32,000 nt of DNA, from the NCBI GenBank assembly GCA_003056265.1, contig NBVN01000002.1, positions 450,001-482,000 of the forward strand. Reading direction: 5' to 3'. The position numbers and the translations under genes were made by a program. The notes under the pieces were generated by a model. That model had not been told where the DNA came from. It saw only the letters and a program-made list of their open reading frames with translations, and ran no database searches. The stretch comes from Zestosphaera tikiterensis (GTDB taxonomy: Archaea; Thermoproteota; Thermoprotei_A; Sulfolobales; NBVN01). Shown here one piece after another: positions 9,688-18,521 of this stretch (positions within the stretch are counted from its first letter, which is position 1; each line of letters begins with the position of its first letter).

Positions 9688-10905
9688 TCACCTCCTTACT
9701 TTAATCGTATACTCTGAGAATATGCGGAAGATGGTGAACGTTACCAAGATAGAACCTATTAACGTGTAGGATATTGTAGCCCCTGTTAATGATGTAATGC
9801 CTAAACTCTTAACTTCAGATTCTAAGAGCATACCGGATTGAAATAATGAGGCAACTATCCATGCAAAGATAGGTATGATCCTTAAGTCAAGCATTGAAAG
9901 CCACGTAACCAGGATTGCAGTATAACCTAAACCCATAGTAGGTGGCGAGACTATATTAGTTATCTTCTCAAGCTTATACGTAACGCCGGCGAAGAGAGAT
10001 GCTCCAACAGCTCCGGCTAAGGCACCACTTAAAAATAAAGCCAGCAACACGTATTTACGTTCATCTACACCTACAGCACGAAGTAAATGAGGGTTGGAAC
10101 CTAACACCTTCAACCTCAGGCCTATGGACGTATATTTATACATTAAGAATATAGCCGTAAATGAAATTAAAGCTATTAAAACCTCTTGATACGTGACTGT
10201 AAAGCCTGGCACGCTTTGAAATCTTAAAGCATCATGAAGTATGTCAGTCCTGAAGAACTGCCTGGCTTGAACGCTTAAACCACGTAAATTAACAGAAACT
10301 ACTTGATTGTAGAGGTAGTAAGCCACATAATTTAAAAGTAATGTAGAAGCTACTTCATCTATGTCTAGATAAGCTTTAAGAACTGCCGGTATTAACGCCC
10401 ATAAGCCTCCAGCCACCACACCAGCCAACACCATAAGTAACTGCCCTAGAAGGGGATCCATATTTAGAAGGCTTACTACGGGTTTCACAGGGGATCTATC
10501 TATTATAACAGCACCGGACATGTTTTCATAGAGCTTTAACTCCGATGGGGAAACGTACATATACGTTGACGCTATGAATAACCCTATATATCCAGCAGCT
10601 ATCATGCCCCAAATCATCTGTCCTTCGGCACCTATGTTCCATACGGAGGCGTTGAACGCTAAAGCTAAGGCAATGCCTAAAACTGTAAGCAATACGAAAT
10701 ACCTAACCATTTGAGGGCTTGTAAAGCCTAGGAAAAGCTCCTTAAGAATTATATCGGGGGACACGCCAGCGATGTAGAATATTAAGGTAGTGATTAAAAC
10801 CCCTATTAAAACCGATAGCATAGGTATTAAAACGTTTAAGATATCAACCCTACCGACCTTAACCGGCTTAACCCTCTTAGTAACTATTAACCTCAAAACC
10901 CTCAC
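9688..10905 (-). CDS. ABC transporter permease (BMP/nucleoside-type uptake system, first permease)
   Basis: 405 aa polytopic membrane protein. 4-nt overlap with the ATPase gene. Confidence 0.85.
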   Translation of the reverse strand: MRVLRLIVTKRVKPVKVGRVDILNVLIPMLSVLIGVLITTLIFYIAGVSPDIILKELFLGFTSPQMVRYFVLLTVLGIALALAFNASVWNIGAEGQMIWGMIAAGYIGLFIASTYMYVSPSELKLYENMSGAVIIDRSPVKPVVSLLNMDPLLGQLLMVLAGVVAGGLWALIPAVLKAYLDIDEVASTLLLNYVAYYLYNQVVSVNLRGLSVQARQFFRTDILHDALRFQSVPGFTVTYQEVLIALISFTAIFLMYKYTSIGLRLKVLGSNPHLLRAVGVDERKYVLLALFLSGALAGAVGASLFAGVTYKLEKITNIVSPPTMGLGYTAILVTWLSMLDLRIIPIFAWIVASLFQSGMLLESEVKSLGITSLTGATISYTLIGSILVTFTIFRIFSEYTIKVRR

Positions 10906-12461
10906 CTAACCATTAATCCCTCCACAACTGTTCGATTAACGTCTTCCCCTCTAAAAACGCCGACGAAACTACCTGAGTTCATAACTGCTACGGTATCGCT
11001 AATTTGAAGGATCTCATCTAAATCTTCCGACGCTACAACAGCCGCTACACCCTCTTCAACAGCCTTCCTCTTTATAAGCTTCCTAACCATTAAAGCCGAA
11101 ACCTCGTCTAGAGCTCGGGTTGGGTTATAAGCAACTAGCAAGTTACGCGTTACGAATAACTCACGCGCTACTAAAACCTTCATTAAGTTACCTCCTGATA
11201 AGACCTTAACCTTAGAGTTAAGTGATGGTGTAACTATAGAAAACTCCTCAACTAGCTGCCTTGCTATACGCTTTACCTTAGACCATTTAATGATTGTATT
11301 TACGATTGCTGGATGTACAGCTATGTTCTCTACTATAGTGTTTTCTATAGTTACACCTCTTTTAAGCGGTTCATCCGGTATGAACCCAACACCTAATCTT
11401 CTAATCTGAATCGCGCTGGCGTTAGTTATGTCTTTAAACGTGTTGTTCTGCTTTATTAATATCCGCCCCCTCACGACCTTCCTTAAACCTACTAACGCCT
11501 GAATAAGTTCTAATTGTCCGTTACCAGCTACGCCGGCTATCCCTAACACCTCACCCTTCCTTAATTTGAAGGAAACGCCTCTAACCGCGTAAGCGCCGTA
11601 ATCGTTTAAAACCCAAAGGTCGTTAACGTCAAGCAAGACTTCCTCCCTAACGTTTGACGTAGCTATCCTAGCGTAGGATATCTGAGTAGCTTTCTCACCG
11701 AACATTAACGACCTCACGTAATCTAAGGTGGCTTCAGAAGCTTTTACGGTGCCTACCACCTCCCCCCTACGTAAGACGGTTATGGTGTCTGACATTTCAA
11801 GGGCTTCAGGTATTTTATGCGTTATTAATATTACTGAACCCCCGCGTTCCTTAAACATCTTAACGAATTCGTAAATACGTCTTTTCTCAGCATAAGGAAG
11901 TAACGTTAAAGCCTCATCTAAAGCTATGACTTTAGCCCCAACTAATAACGCCCTCAACAACTCAACAAGCTGTTTTTGAGTATAGCTTAACTTCCAGACC
12001 TCAATATTCGGATCTATTTTAATGCCGTACTCCTCGCTTTTCTTTAAAAGCATTTTCTCTACGGAGCTTATTCTATTAAATAATCCGCAAGCCGTTAACG
12101 AAAGCAGTAGGTTCTCACTTATGGTTAAACTATCAATAAGTTGAGGCACCTGAGAAACTAGGACTATACCTTCCCTCATAGCGTCTATAGGTGAGGTTAT
12201 TATTTTCTTCCTTCCTTCAATAAATATCTCGCCTGAATCTGGAACGTAAACACCGTAGAGAATCTTAACTAACGTGGATTTACCGGCGCCGTTCTCACCT
12301 AATATAGCATGTATCTCCCCTCGGAATATGTCTAGGTTAACGTTCTTTAAAGCTACAACTCCTGGGAAGCTTTTCCACACACCACGTACGGAAATAAGGG
12401 GTTTTTGATCGGATTTTAAAGTTTCTTTAGGAAAAAGACTTACACTCATTTTAAAGCCCAA
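10902..12461 (-). CDS. ABC transporter ATP-binding protein with duplicated ATPase domains
   Basis: 519 aa. Walker A GENGAGKST in the first half, degenerate GVAGNGQ in the second, LSGGN signature. This architecture is typical of sugar/nucleoside (CUT2/BMP) importers. Confidence 0.9.
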   Translation of the reverse strand: MGFKMSVSLFPKETLKSDQKPLISVRGVWKSFPGVVALKNVNLDIFRGEIHAILGENGAGKSTLVKILYGVYVPDSGEIFIEGRKKIITSPIDAMREGIVLVSQVPQLIDSLTISENLLLSLTACGLFNRISSVEKMLLKKSEEYGIKIDPNIEVWKLSYTQKQLVELLRALLVGAKVIALDEALTLLPYAEKRRIYEFVKMFKERGGSVILITHKIPEALEMSDTITVLRRGEVVGTVKASEATLDYVRSLMFGEKATQISYARIATSNVREEVLLDVNDLWVLNDYGAYAVRGVSFKLRKGEVLGIAGVAGNGQLELIQALVGLRKVVRGRILIKQNNTFKDITNASAIQIRRLGVGFIPDEPLKRGVTIENTIVENIAVHPAIVNTIIKWSKVKRIARQLVEEFSIVTPSLNSKVKVLSGGNLMKVLVARELFVTRNLLVAYNPTRALDEVSALMVRKLIKRKAVEEGVAAVVASEDLDEILQISDTVAVMNSGSFVGVFRGEDVNRTVVEGLMVR

Positions 12462-12469
12462 CTCCTCGG

Positions 12470-13981
12470 TTATGAAGCTCTACCAACGATCTTAACGAAA
12501 TCAAGAACCCAGTCTAAACTCCATAATTCGTCATGACCTAATCTAACACCTGCTGGTATGGAGACCTTCTTAGTTGGATCGTCTACGTTATACCCACTTA
12601 GAGGTCCTGTAAACGGTTCGAAAGCCGTTGCTATGTAGTACTTGCCTTCCTTACCCCCTATGTTTATCGAGGCTATGTTCTCATATATGTGACTCGTAGC
12701 CAGTTGCTGGAATGACATAAGCATTGGAGCGTAAGCCATTTGGTTATATCTCAACCATATTAGATCATAAACGCTTAATTTCTGACCTGTGACTTTATCC
12801 GTTACTTGAATCTCCTTAAGGACGTTGATGAACTTCGGGTTTATATGCATGACTGTTCCGTTGGGGAACACATGAGCAGCCATATCAACAGCCCCTGTGT
12901 TAAGGAGGTACCAGTAATCGACGTTTTCTAGGTTTGTAGGAGTGTAAACACCTGCTTTAATCTTACCTAATATATCGGCGTAGATAACCTCCCACCTAAC
13001 TAGTTGTCCGCTAACGACTACGTCCTTACCGTATTCCCAGCCTGGGCTGTAGTGACTGAAGACGTAAATCGGTGTGCCTTTATTATACATTTCCTGCGCG
13101 TATTCTATAATAGCCGTAGAGTCTTCCGTATACGCGATTACGTCAACGTTGTAGTCTCTAACTAAGGTTTCAGCAGCTCTCCTAGCCTCGGTTGGGTTAA
13201 ACCATGCACCTATTTCAATAACATACGCCTCGAGTTTAATGCCTCTCTGCTCCGCCACCTCCTTAGCCCCTAAGAAGAACGCGTTAAGATGTCTAACGAC
13301 CTCAGGTATTAAAAACGCTGCCACATAACCAACCTTACCTGTCTTCGTTAAAGCACCTGCCATAAGGCCGTTGAGGTAGTAAACTTGGTAGAAATCGGCG
13401 AAGTATGTACCCATGTTCTTATATCTTAAATAACCACTGCAGTGGAAGAATATTAAGTTTGGATATTTCTTAGCAGTCTCTAAAGTCCCTTCCATAAACC
13501 CGTAGGATGTTGTGAATAATACGTTATATCCTTTAGCTATTAAACTCTCTAGAGTTTCACTAACTTTAGGTTCGGGGACAGACTCAACATACGTGGTCTC
13601 TAGCCAATCCTTATATAACTCAGCAACAACCCTCCTGCCTAAGTCATGCATGTAGGACCAACCAAAATCTCCCACAGGACCTACATATATGAACGCAGCT
13701 TTAACCTTCTCTGGCGGCTTATAAGGTATTTGAGTGGTGATCGTTACCGGCGCTGTAACCGTTACAGGCCGCGTTACAGTTACAGTTGCACCAACTGCTG
13801 GCGCTGTCACAGTTTTCGTAATGGCTGGCGCCGCAGCTGATCCAGCATAATAACCAACTACACCAGCAACTATAATTAAGATTACTAATCCTATTAAAAC
13901 ATAACTGCTTGTCTTAGCAGCCAAGATATTTTCACCACACGCTAATCTAGCGTCGTTATTTAAAAGTTTTATTTGAATCAT
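12470..13981 (-). CDS. BMP-family (Med/PnrA-like) ABC substrate-binding protein, membrane-anchored
   Basis: 503 aa. N-terminal TM anchor (YVLIGLVILIIVAGVV), then a T/V/P-rich stalk (TVTAPAVGATVTVTRPVTVTAPVTITTQ), then a periplasmic-binding fold. First gene of the ABC operon. The real start may be the internal TTG at 13924. Confidence 0.75.
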   Translation of the reverse strand: MIQIKLLNNDARLACGENILAAKTSSYVLIGLVILIIVAGVVGYYAGSAAAPAITKTVTAPAVGATVTVTRPVTVTAPVTITTQIPYKPPEKVKAAFIYVGPVGDFGWSYMHDLGRRVVAELYKDWLETTYVESVPEPKVSETLESLIAKGYNVLFTTSYGFMEGTLETAKKYPNLIFFHCSGYLRYKNMGTYFADFYQVYYLNGLMAGALTKTGKVGYVAAFLIPEVVRHLNAFFLGAKEVAEQRGIKLEAYVIEIGAWFNPTEARRAAETLVRDYNVDVIAYTEDSTAIIEYAQEMYNKGTPIYVFSHYSPGWEYGKDVVVSGQLVRWEVIYADILGKIKAGVYTPTNLENVDYWYLLNTGAVDMAAHVFPNGTVMHINPKFINVLKEIQVTDKVTGQKLSVYDLIWLRYNQMAYAPMLMSFQQLATSHIYENIASINIGGKEGKYYIATAFEPFTGPLSGYNVDDPTKKVSIPAGVRLGHDELWSLDWVLDFVKIVGRAS

Positions 13982-14110
13982 TTATATAAAACAGTATTAA
14001 TGCTTTGCTTTAAATACTTAGCTTAGTTGATTATCTACTGCTTAATGTATATAATGTAGCCGGAATCGTTTAAGAAGTCTTAAGATTAAAAAAACTCTAA
14101 GTAGAAATAA

Positions 14111-14174
14111 TTAAAACATTTGTGTTAAAAAGTAAGAATATATTTCTAGCGAAGTTAAAACATTTATGTAAAAG
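14111..14174. repeat. two direct copies of TTAAAACATTTRTGT(T)AAAA spaced 44 bp, in a divergent promoter region
   Basis: Copy 1 is 14111-14130 (ttaaaacatttgtgttaaaa) and copy 2 is 14155-14174 (ttaaaacatttatgtaaaag). Both lie in the 340-bp AT-rich gap between the ABC operon and the GT2 gene. Confidence 0.5.
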
Positions 14175-14322
14175 AACTCTTTCCATCTTGGCTGTGACTT
14201 CTTGATCGTAAAAGATTACTTCTTAACGTAGTGTTACCATACCTAACCTACTTAGTTAACGTTGTAAACCCTAATAACGAGCTTAGACTGTAAATAACTT
14301 CATATGTTAGTTTTCAAACTAC

Positions 14323-15429
14323 TTGAATGTATGCTTATTACCCATTTGCTTTAATAATAAGTGGTTTAAGCAATTGAAAGTGCTGGTGGTGATACTCAAT
14401 AAAGATAATGCTGAAGGACTGAAGGAAACCCTCTCATCCCTAGCTCAGCAAGTAAATCTAACGCTATGTAAGGATTTCGACGTTTTAATTATGGACGGTT
14501 TATCTAAGGACGGTTCTGAAGCTGTAGCTGAGGACTTCAGGAGAAGGTATGAATGTATAAAGTTTAAGAAGCAGGTTTTCCCAGGAGGCGTTGGAGCCGC
14601 ACGCGTTGAAGCAGTTAAATATGCTTTAGAGAACGGTTATGAAGCCGTTATATGGGGTGATTCCGAGAATACGTACTCGAAAGATTACGTAAGTAAGTTT
14701 ATCGCGTGCGTTGATAGTAACGATTGTTTGATTTTCTCTGGATGTAGTAAAGTTAAGCATGAAAGCATTTGGAGTCGTTTCTTCTACTGGTATCACGCAT
14801 ATCACCATCTCTTCAGCTACGTGAGGAGAAAACATGCTCCAGGCAACAACAAGCTCGTCTTAACTAAAGCTTATGAGATTGCTGTATATCCAGCTATCTC
14901 AAGAAGCGACGATTTCTTCTTTAGTTTAAGCGTTAACGGAAGTAAGATTTGCCACTGCCCGGATGCCGTAGTTTATATATCCGTACCTAAGACATTTAGA
15001 GATGTAGTTGCTTGGCAGAGGAATAGAGTTAAGGGGTTGGTTGAAGGTTCCCTGCTTAACGGTAGGTCTATGCCGCCGGACTTCATACCTTGGTTTCTCT
15101 TCCTACTATCTCCACTTTTTCTCCTCCTATATCACTTAACTTCCCCGTACGTGTTAATAGGGCCGTTCCTTCAGTTATTCACGTGGTTTATAGACTCAAC
15201 AGCAGTGCTACTTACGTTAGGTATGTTAGTGAAGCTCGAGATATTAGCTAAAAACAACTACGAACGTTATAAACCACTTCAAAGTCTCTTAGGCTTAGCT
15301 GGTATGTTTCTTCACGCGTTCTTCACCACCTACTACACGTTGAAATACGTTAAGTTACTAAGGAGTAGGAAGGATGAAATAGTTTTAAAGGATAGGAAGG
15401 TTAAGGAGTACTTCGGGTTTCTTAAGTAG
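14323..15429 (+). CDS. family-2 glycosyltransferase with C-terminal multi-TM domain
   Basis: 368 aa. GT-A start KVLVVILNKDNAEGL, then DGLSKDGS, and a hydrophobic C-terminal third. The true start is probably the internal TTG at 14374 or GTG at 14380. Confidence 0.75.
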   Translation: MNVCLLPICFNNKWFKQLKVLVVILNKDNAEGLKETLSSLAQQVNLTLCKDFDVLIMDGLSKDGSEAVAEDFRRRYECIKFKKQVFPGGVGAARVEAVKYALENGYEAVIWGDSENTYSKDYVSKFIACVDSNDCLIFSGCSKVKHESIWSRFFYWYHAYHHLFSYVRRKHAPGNNKLVLTKAYEIAVYPAISRSDDFFFSLSVNGSKICHCPDAVVYISVPKTFRDVVAWQRNRVKGLVEGSLLNGRSMPPDFIPWFLFLLSPLFLLLYHLTSPYVLIGPFLQLFTWFIDSTAVLLTLGMLVKLEILAKNNYERYKPLQSLLGLAGMFLHAFFTTYYTLKYVKLLRSRKDEIVLKDRKVKEYFGFLK

Positions 15430-15506
15430 TAATCAACGAACTCAAGCTAACTTTAGAAGATTTAGCGCTTTTATTTAATCATATGAAGGTATAAAGGGGC
15501 GCTTGA

Positions 15507-16172
15507 ATGGAGGCATGTAGTTTTGAAGCTGACTTAGCTAACGACATCGTGAAGTACTCAAGCTTGGTCGTAAGTATCGTATCGAAGGTTACGGAAGGTA
15601 TTAAAATGCTTGAAAGCTTGAGGAGCGGTGAGGCCATGGAGAAATTCGCTGAAGCTATTCATGAAGATACAGTAGCAGATAACTTAAGACGTGAATTACT
15701 TCTTAAGCTGCAGTACTTACACCCAGGTTTTATGCGGGAGCGTGTATCAACTCTACTTAGGAGGCTTGACTTAATATCCGAGCAAGCTAAAGACGTAGCT
15801 AGAAACCTTACGATATTCCCATACCTAGAACTTCCGGCGGAGTTGAAGAAGTCTATAGAGACGTTAGCTGAGGAATCCCTTAAATCATCAACTAAAGTTT
15901 TTGAGTCGATTAAAGCTTTATTGAATAACTCGTTTGACGACGCTATTAAGCTAGCTTACCAAGCCGAGTTAATCGAGGAGGAAGCAGATAACACTTTAGT
16001 TGAGGGCCGTAGGTATATCGTTAAATACGGTAGCTTAATTAAAAACCCAGCCATCTTAATAATGGCTTCAAAACTTATTGAGTCTTTAGAGGGGATTTCA
16101 GACTTCGCTGAAGATGTTGGGGATTACGTTAGGGCGTTAGCCCTCTACTGCAAGGGCGTCTTAAGTAAGTAG
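15507..16172 (+). CDS. DUF47 / PhoU-like helical protein
   Basis: 221 aa, all-helical. Two repeated PhoU-like segments (EDTVADNLRREL...RLDLISEQAKDVARNL and EEEADNTLVEGRRYI...SLEGISDFAEDVGDYV). Confidence 0.55.
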   Translation: MEACSFEADLANDIVKYSSLVVSIVSKVTEGIKMLESLRSGEAMEKFAEAIHEDTVADNLRRELLLKLQYLHPGFMRERVSTLLRRLDLISEQAKDVARNLTIFPYLELPAELKKSIETLAEESLKSSTKVFESIKALLNNSFDDAIKLAYQAELIEEEADNTLVEGRRYIVKYGSLIKNPAILIMASKLIESLEGISDFAEDVGDYVRALALYCKGVLSK

Positions 16173-16210
16173 GTAGTGAAGAACGTTTAAGTCGTTTAAG
16201 GGGATGTTAA

Positions 16211-16930
16211 GTGAGTTTTAAAAACGTAAGCGATATAGCCGCTATGTTTGATAAGTTGATTTCACAATCGGAGGTTGTGGTTCTACCCCAAGGAGGTAAG
16301 GTAGTTATTAAGAGGTTTAGTAAAGAGGTAGGTAAGGTTAAGTGGTTCCCTATAGCTACAGTTCTTAAGGTTATCTACCCTTTTGAGTTAAGTCCTGAGA
16401 AGAGACTTCAGCGTGAGTTAAAATTCTTCAGCAATTCCTGGTCACTTTTTAAAACGCCTAAAGTGTTGGACTCCAACTTACAGGAACTCACGATAACTAG
16501 GGAGTATGTGGAGGGGAGGATACCTGACTTATTAAGAGATGCTGAGGTTCTAGCTAATGCCTTAGCTGAGATACATAACAGTTGTTGGGCTTTAGGAGAT
16601 GTTAAACACACGAACTTCATCGTTACGAAGGAAAACATCCTATACGTTGTTGACGCTGAACAATCGATAGAGAAAGCGACAGACCTAAATAAAGCGTGGG
16701 ATATCCTACTCCTAACCCTCATAGCCAGCTATAACTTCATAACCTCACCTCAGAACTTCAGCGAATTTATTTCAAACTTTCTCAATAGGTACGCAACCGT
16801 TAACCATAGAAGCAAGGAAATTCTAAACTCGCTTAACGACTGGAGATTAAGCGGTCTTTACTTGTTAATGCCTATATCCCATACAACCAAGTTCAACGCG
16901 GCTGTGAAGGAAGTGCTTAAAAACATTTAA
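16211..16930 (+). CDS. minimal protein-kinase-fold protein (Bud32/RIO/COG2112-like)
   Basis: 239 aa, GTG start after AGGGGAT. VVIKRF (VAIK-like Lys), catalytic loop GDVKHTN (DxKxxN), VVDAEQS in the DFG position. No canonical Gly-rich loop. Confidence 0.55.
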   Translation: MSFKNVSDIAAMFDKLISQSEVVVLPQGGKVVIKRFSKEVGKVKWFPIATVLKVIYPFELSPEKRLQRELKFFSNSWSLFKTPKVLDSNLQELTITREYVEGRIPDLLRDAEVLANALAEIHNSCWALGDVKHTNFIVTKENILYVVDAEQSIEKATDLNKAWDILLLTLIASYNFITSPQNFSEFISNFLNRYATVNHRSKEILNSLNDWRLSGLYLLMPISHTTKFNAAVKEVLKNI

Positions 16931-16975
16931 CTAAACACTCATTTAAACAACATTTAAGCGTTGGTAATACATTCC

Positions 16976-17032
16976 ATAGGTGATGAGAAGAGCGACTATG
17001 AAGAGTGATTAAAAGCAAACCATCTGATTACC
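16976..17032 (+). ncRNA. candidate archaeal C/D-box sRNA (2'-O-methylation guide)
   Basis: Box order: C box GUGAUGA 16980-16986, 11-nt spacer, D' AUGA 16998-17001, 3 nt, C' GUGAUUA 17005-17011, 12-nt spacer AAAGCAAACCAU, D box CUGA 17024-17027. A/T-rich TATA-like element TTTAAA at 16942-16947, about 30 nt upstream. Intergenic position. Confidence 0.6.
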
Positions 17033-17142
17033 TTCAATTTAATCATCAAAAATATTAATGAATATCCTGTGTTGGTTTCTACTGCTTCCTCACAAACCTG
17101 TAGATAACCACAGTTAAAAATCCCGTTTTTGATGTTTCATTA

Positions 17143-17703
17143 GTGAGTTTAATGATGGAATTTGAAGTTAAGGTTCGTGTTGACGATTTAGAAGCGGTTG
17201 AGACTAAGCTAAAGTCTTTAGGGTGGGTTTTAAAGGAGCAGTTACTTGAACGTGATGCATACGTAGATTTCACCGTATGTGCCGGTATACCGGCTAAGGA
17301 GACCGCATTTAGAATTAGAAGTAGGGTTGATTTGTTGAGTGGGGCAGTATCTGGTGAGGTTACGTTTAAAGGTAGGCTTGTTAGATCTGACGTTAAAGCT
17401 AGGGAGGAGATAAACGTCGTCGTTAAAGACCCTGAAAAATTAAGTGAGGCTTTCACACTTTTAGGGTTTCAAATACATACTGTTGAGAAGTTAAGGAAGG
17501 TCTACGTTAGCGAAGGATCTAAGATTAGGGTATTCCTCGATAGGGTTAAAGGCTTAGGGGATTTCATAGAGTTTGAAGTGTTAGGTGACGTGGAAGGATT
17601 TCTCGAGGAGGTTGAGAAGTTAAAGGAAAGCTTAAACCTCAGCGGTAGGGAGAACATAGTTAAGTCTTATTTAGAGCTAATTTTAGAAGGTGGAAACGAT
17701 TGA
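17143..17703 (+). CDS. CYTH-domain protein (triphosphate tunnel metalloenzyme / class IV adenylyl-cyclase-like)
   Basis: 186 aa. N-terminal EFEVKVRV (ExExK signature), FRIR, and C-terminal VFLDRVKGLGDFIEFEV. The probable true start is ATG at 17152 or 17155. Confidence 0.85.
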   Translation: MSLMMEFEVKVRVDDLEAVETKLKSLGWVLKEQLLERDAYVDFTVCAGIPAKETAFRIRSRVDLLSGAVSGEVTFKGRLVRSDVKAREEINVVVKDPEKLSEAFTLLGFQIHTVEKLRKVYVSEGSKIRVFLDRVKGLGDFIEFEVLGDVEGFLEEVEKLKESLNLSGRENIVKSYLELILEGGND

Positions 17704-18521
17704 AACCTTTAATAGCGGTACTTACGGACTACGGTCTTAAAGATCATTACGTAGGGCTTTTAAAAGCGGTTATAAAGAACGTATGTCCAGACGCTGAAGT
17801 CGTAGATATAACCCACTACATACCTAAGTATAACATAGCGTTAGCCGCGCATGTGTTGAAGATCTCTAGGAAGTACTTCCCTAAGAACACAGTTTTCTTA
17901 GCGGTTGTGGATCCCGGCGTTGGTAGCTCACGGAGAAACCTCATAATAAAATCGAGTAATTACGTGTACGTAGGTCCAGACAATGGGCTTCTTATACAAG
18001 CTTCAGAGGATGACGGTCATTATGAAGCATACGAAATAATCTTAAGTAAGGTCGCATTACCTAAAGTTTCTAAAACTTTCCACGGAAGAGACATATACGC
18101 TCCGGCGGCAGCGTTAATCGCGTGTGGTGTAAGCGTTGAGTCTTTAGGGGTTTCAATACCTAAAGATTCCTTGGTTAGGGTGAGGTCATGCGTTACTACA
18201 CCGCGTGAAGTATTTAAAGACGTGTTTGAAGTTGATGTACTGCACGTAGACGACTTCGGCAACGTAGTGACTTCCGTCACTAGGGAAGTTTTCGAAAAGA
18301 CTATGAGTATTACGTTAGGTGATGAAGTGTTTGTAAGCGGTGACATGAGTAGCTGGTTTAAAGCATATTATGTTGAGACCTTCTCTCAAGTAAGGCGTGG
18401 TGAGTTAGCGATATACGAAGGTAGCTATGAAGTTATGGAGGTAGCCGTATATGAAGGGTCGGCTAAAGACATACTTAATATTAAAGACAAGATATATTTA
18501 AAGAGATTAAAGGGTGTGTAA
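17700..18521 (+). CDS. SAM hydroxide adenosyltransferase / SAM hydrolase family (DUF62, SalL/FlA-like)
   Basis: 273 aa. Motifs LTDYGLKDHYVG, VVDPGVGS, GPDNGLL and TFHGRDIYAPAAA. The TTG start overlaps the CYTH stop (tTTGA). Confidence 0.9.
   Translation: MKPLIAVLTDYGLKDHYVGLLKAVIKNVCPDAEVVDITHYIPKYNIALAAHVLKISRKYFPKNTVFLAVVDPGVGSSRRNLIIKSSNYVYVGPDNGLLIQASEDDGHYEAYEIILSKVALPKVSKTFHGRDIYAPAAALIACGVSVESLGVSIPKDSLVRVRSCVTTPREVFKDVFEVDVLHVDDFGNVVTSVTREVFEKTMSITLGDEVFVSGDMSSWFKAYYVETFSQVRRGELAIYEGSYEVMEVAVYEGSAKDILNIKDKIYLKRLKGV

Noticed and set aside
13741-13800. Short reiterated GTTAC/GTAAC motifs that look like a microsatellite or degenerate tandem repeat.
   Set aside because: They are fully explained by coding. 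They encode the T/V/P-rich stalk (VTVTRPVTVTAPVTITT) of the membrane-anchored substrate-binding protein, a common feature of archaeal surface proteins.
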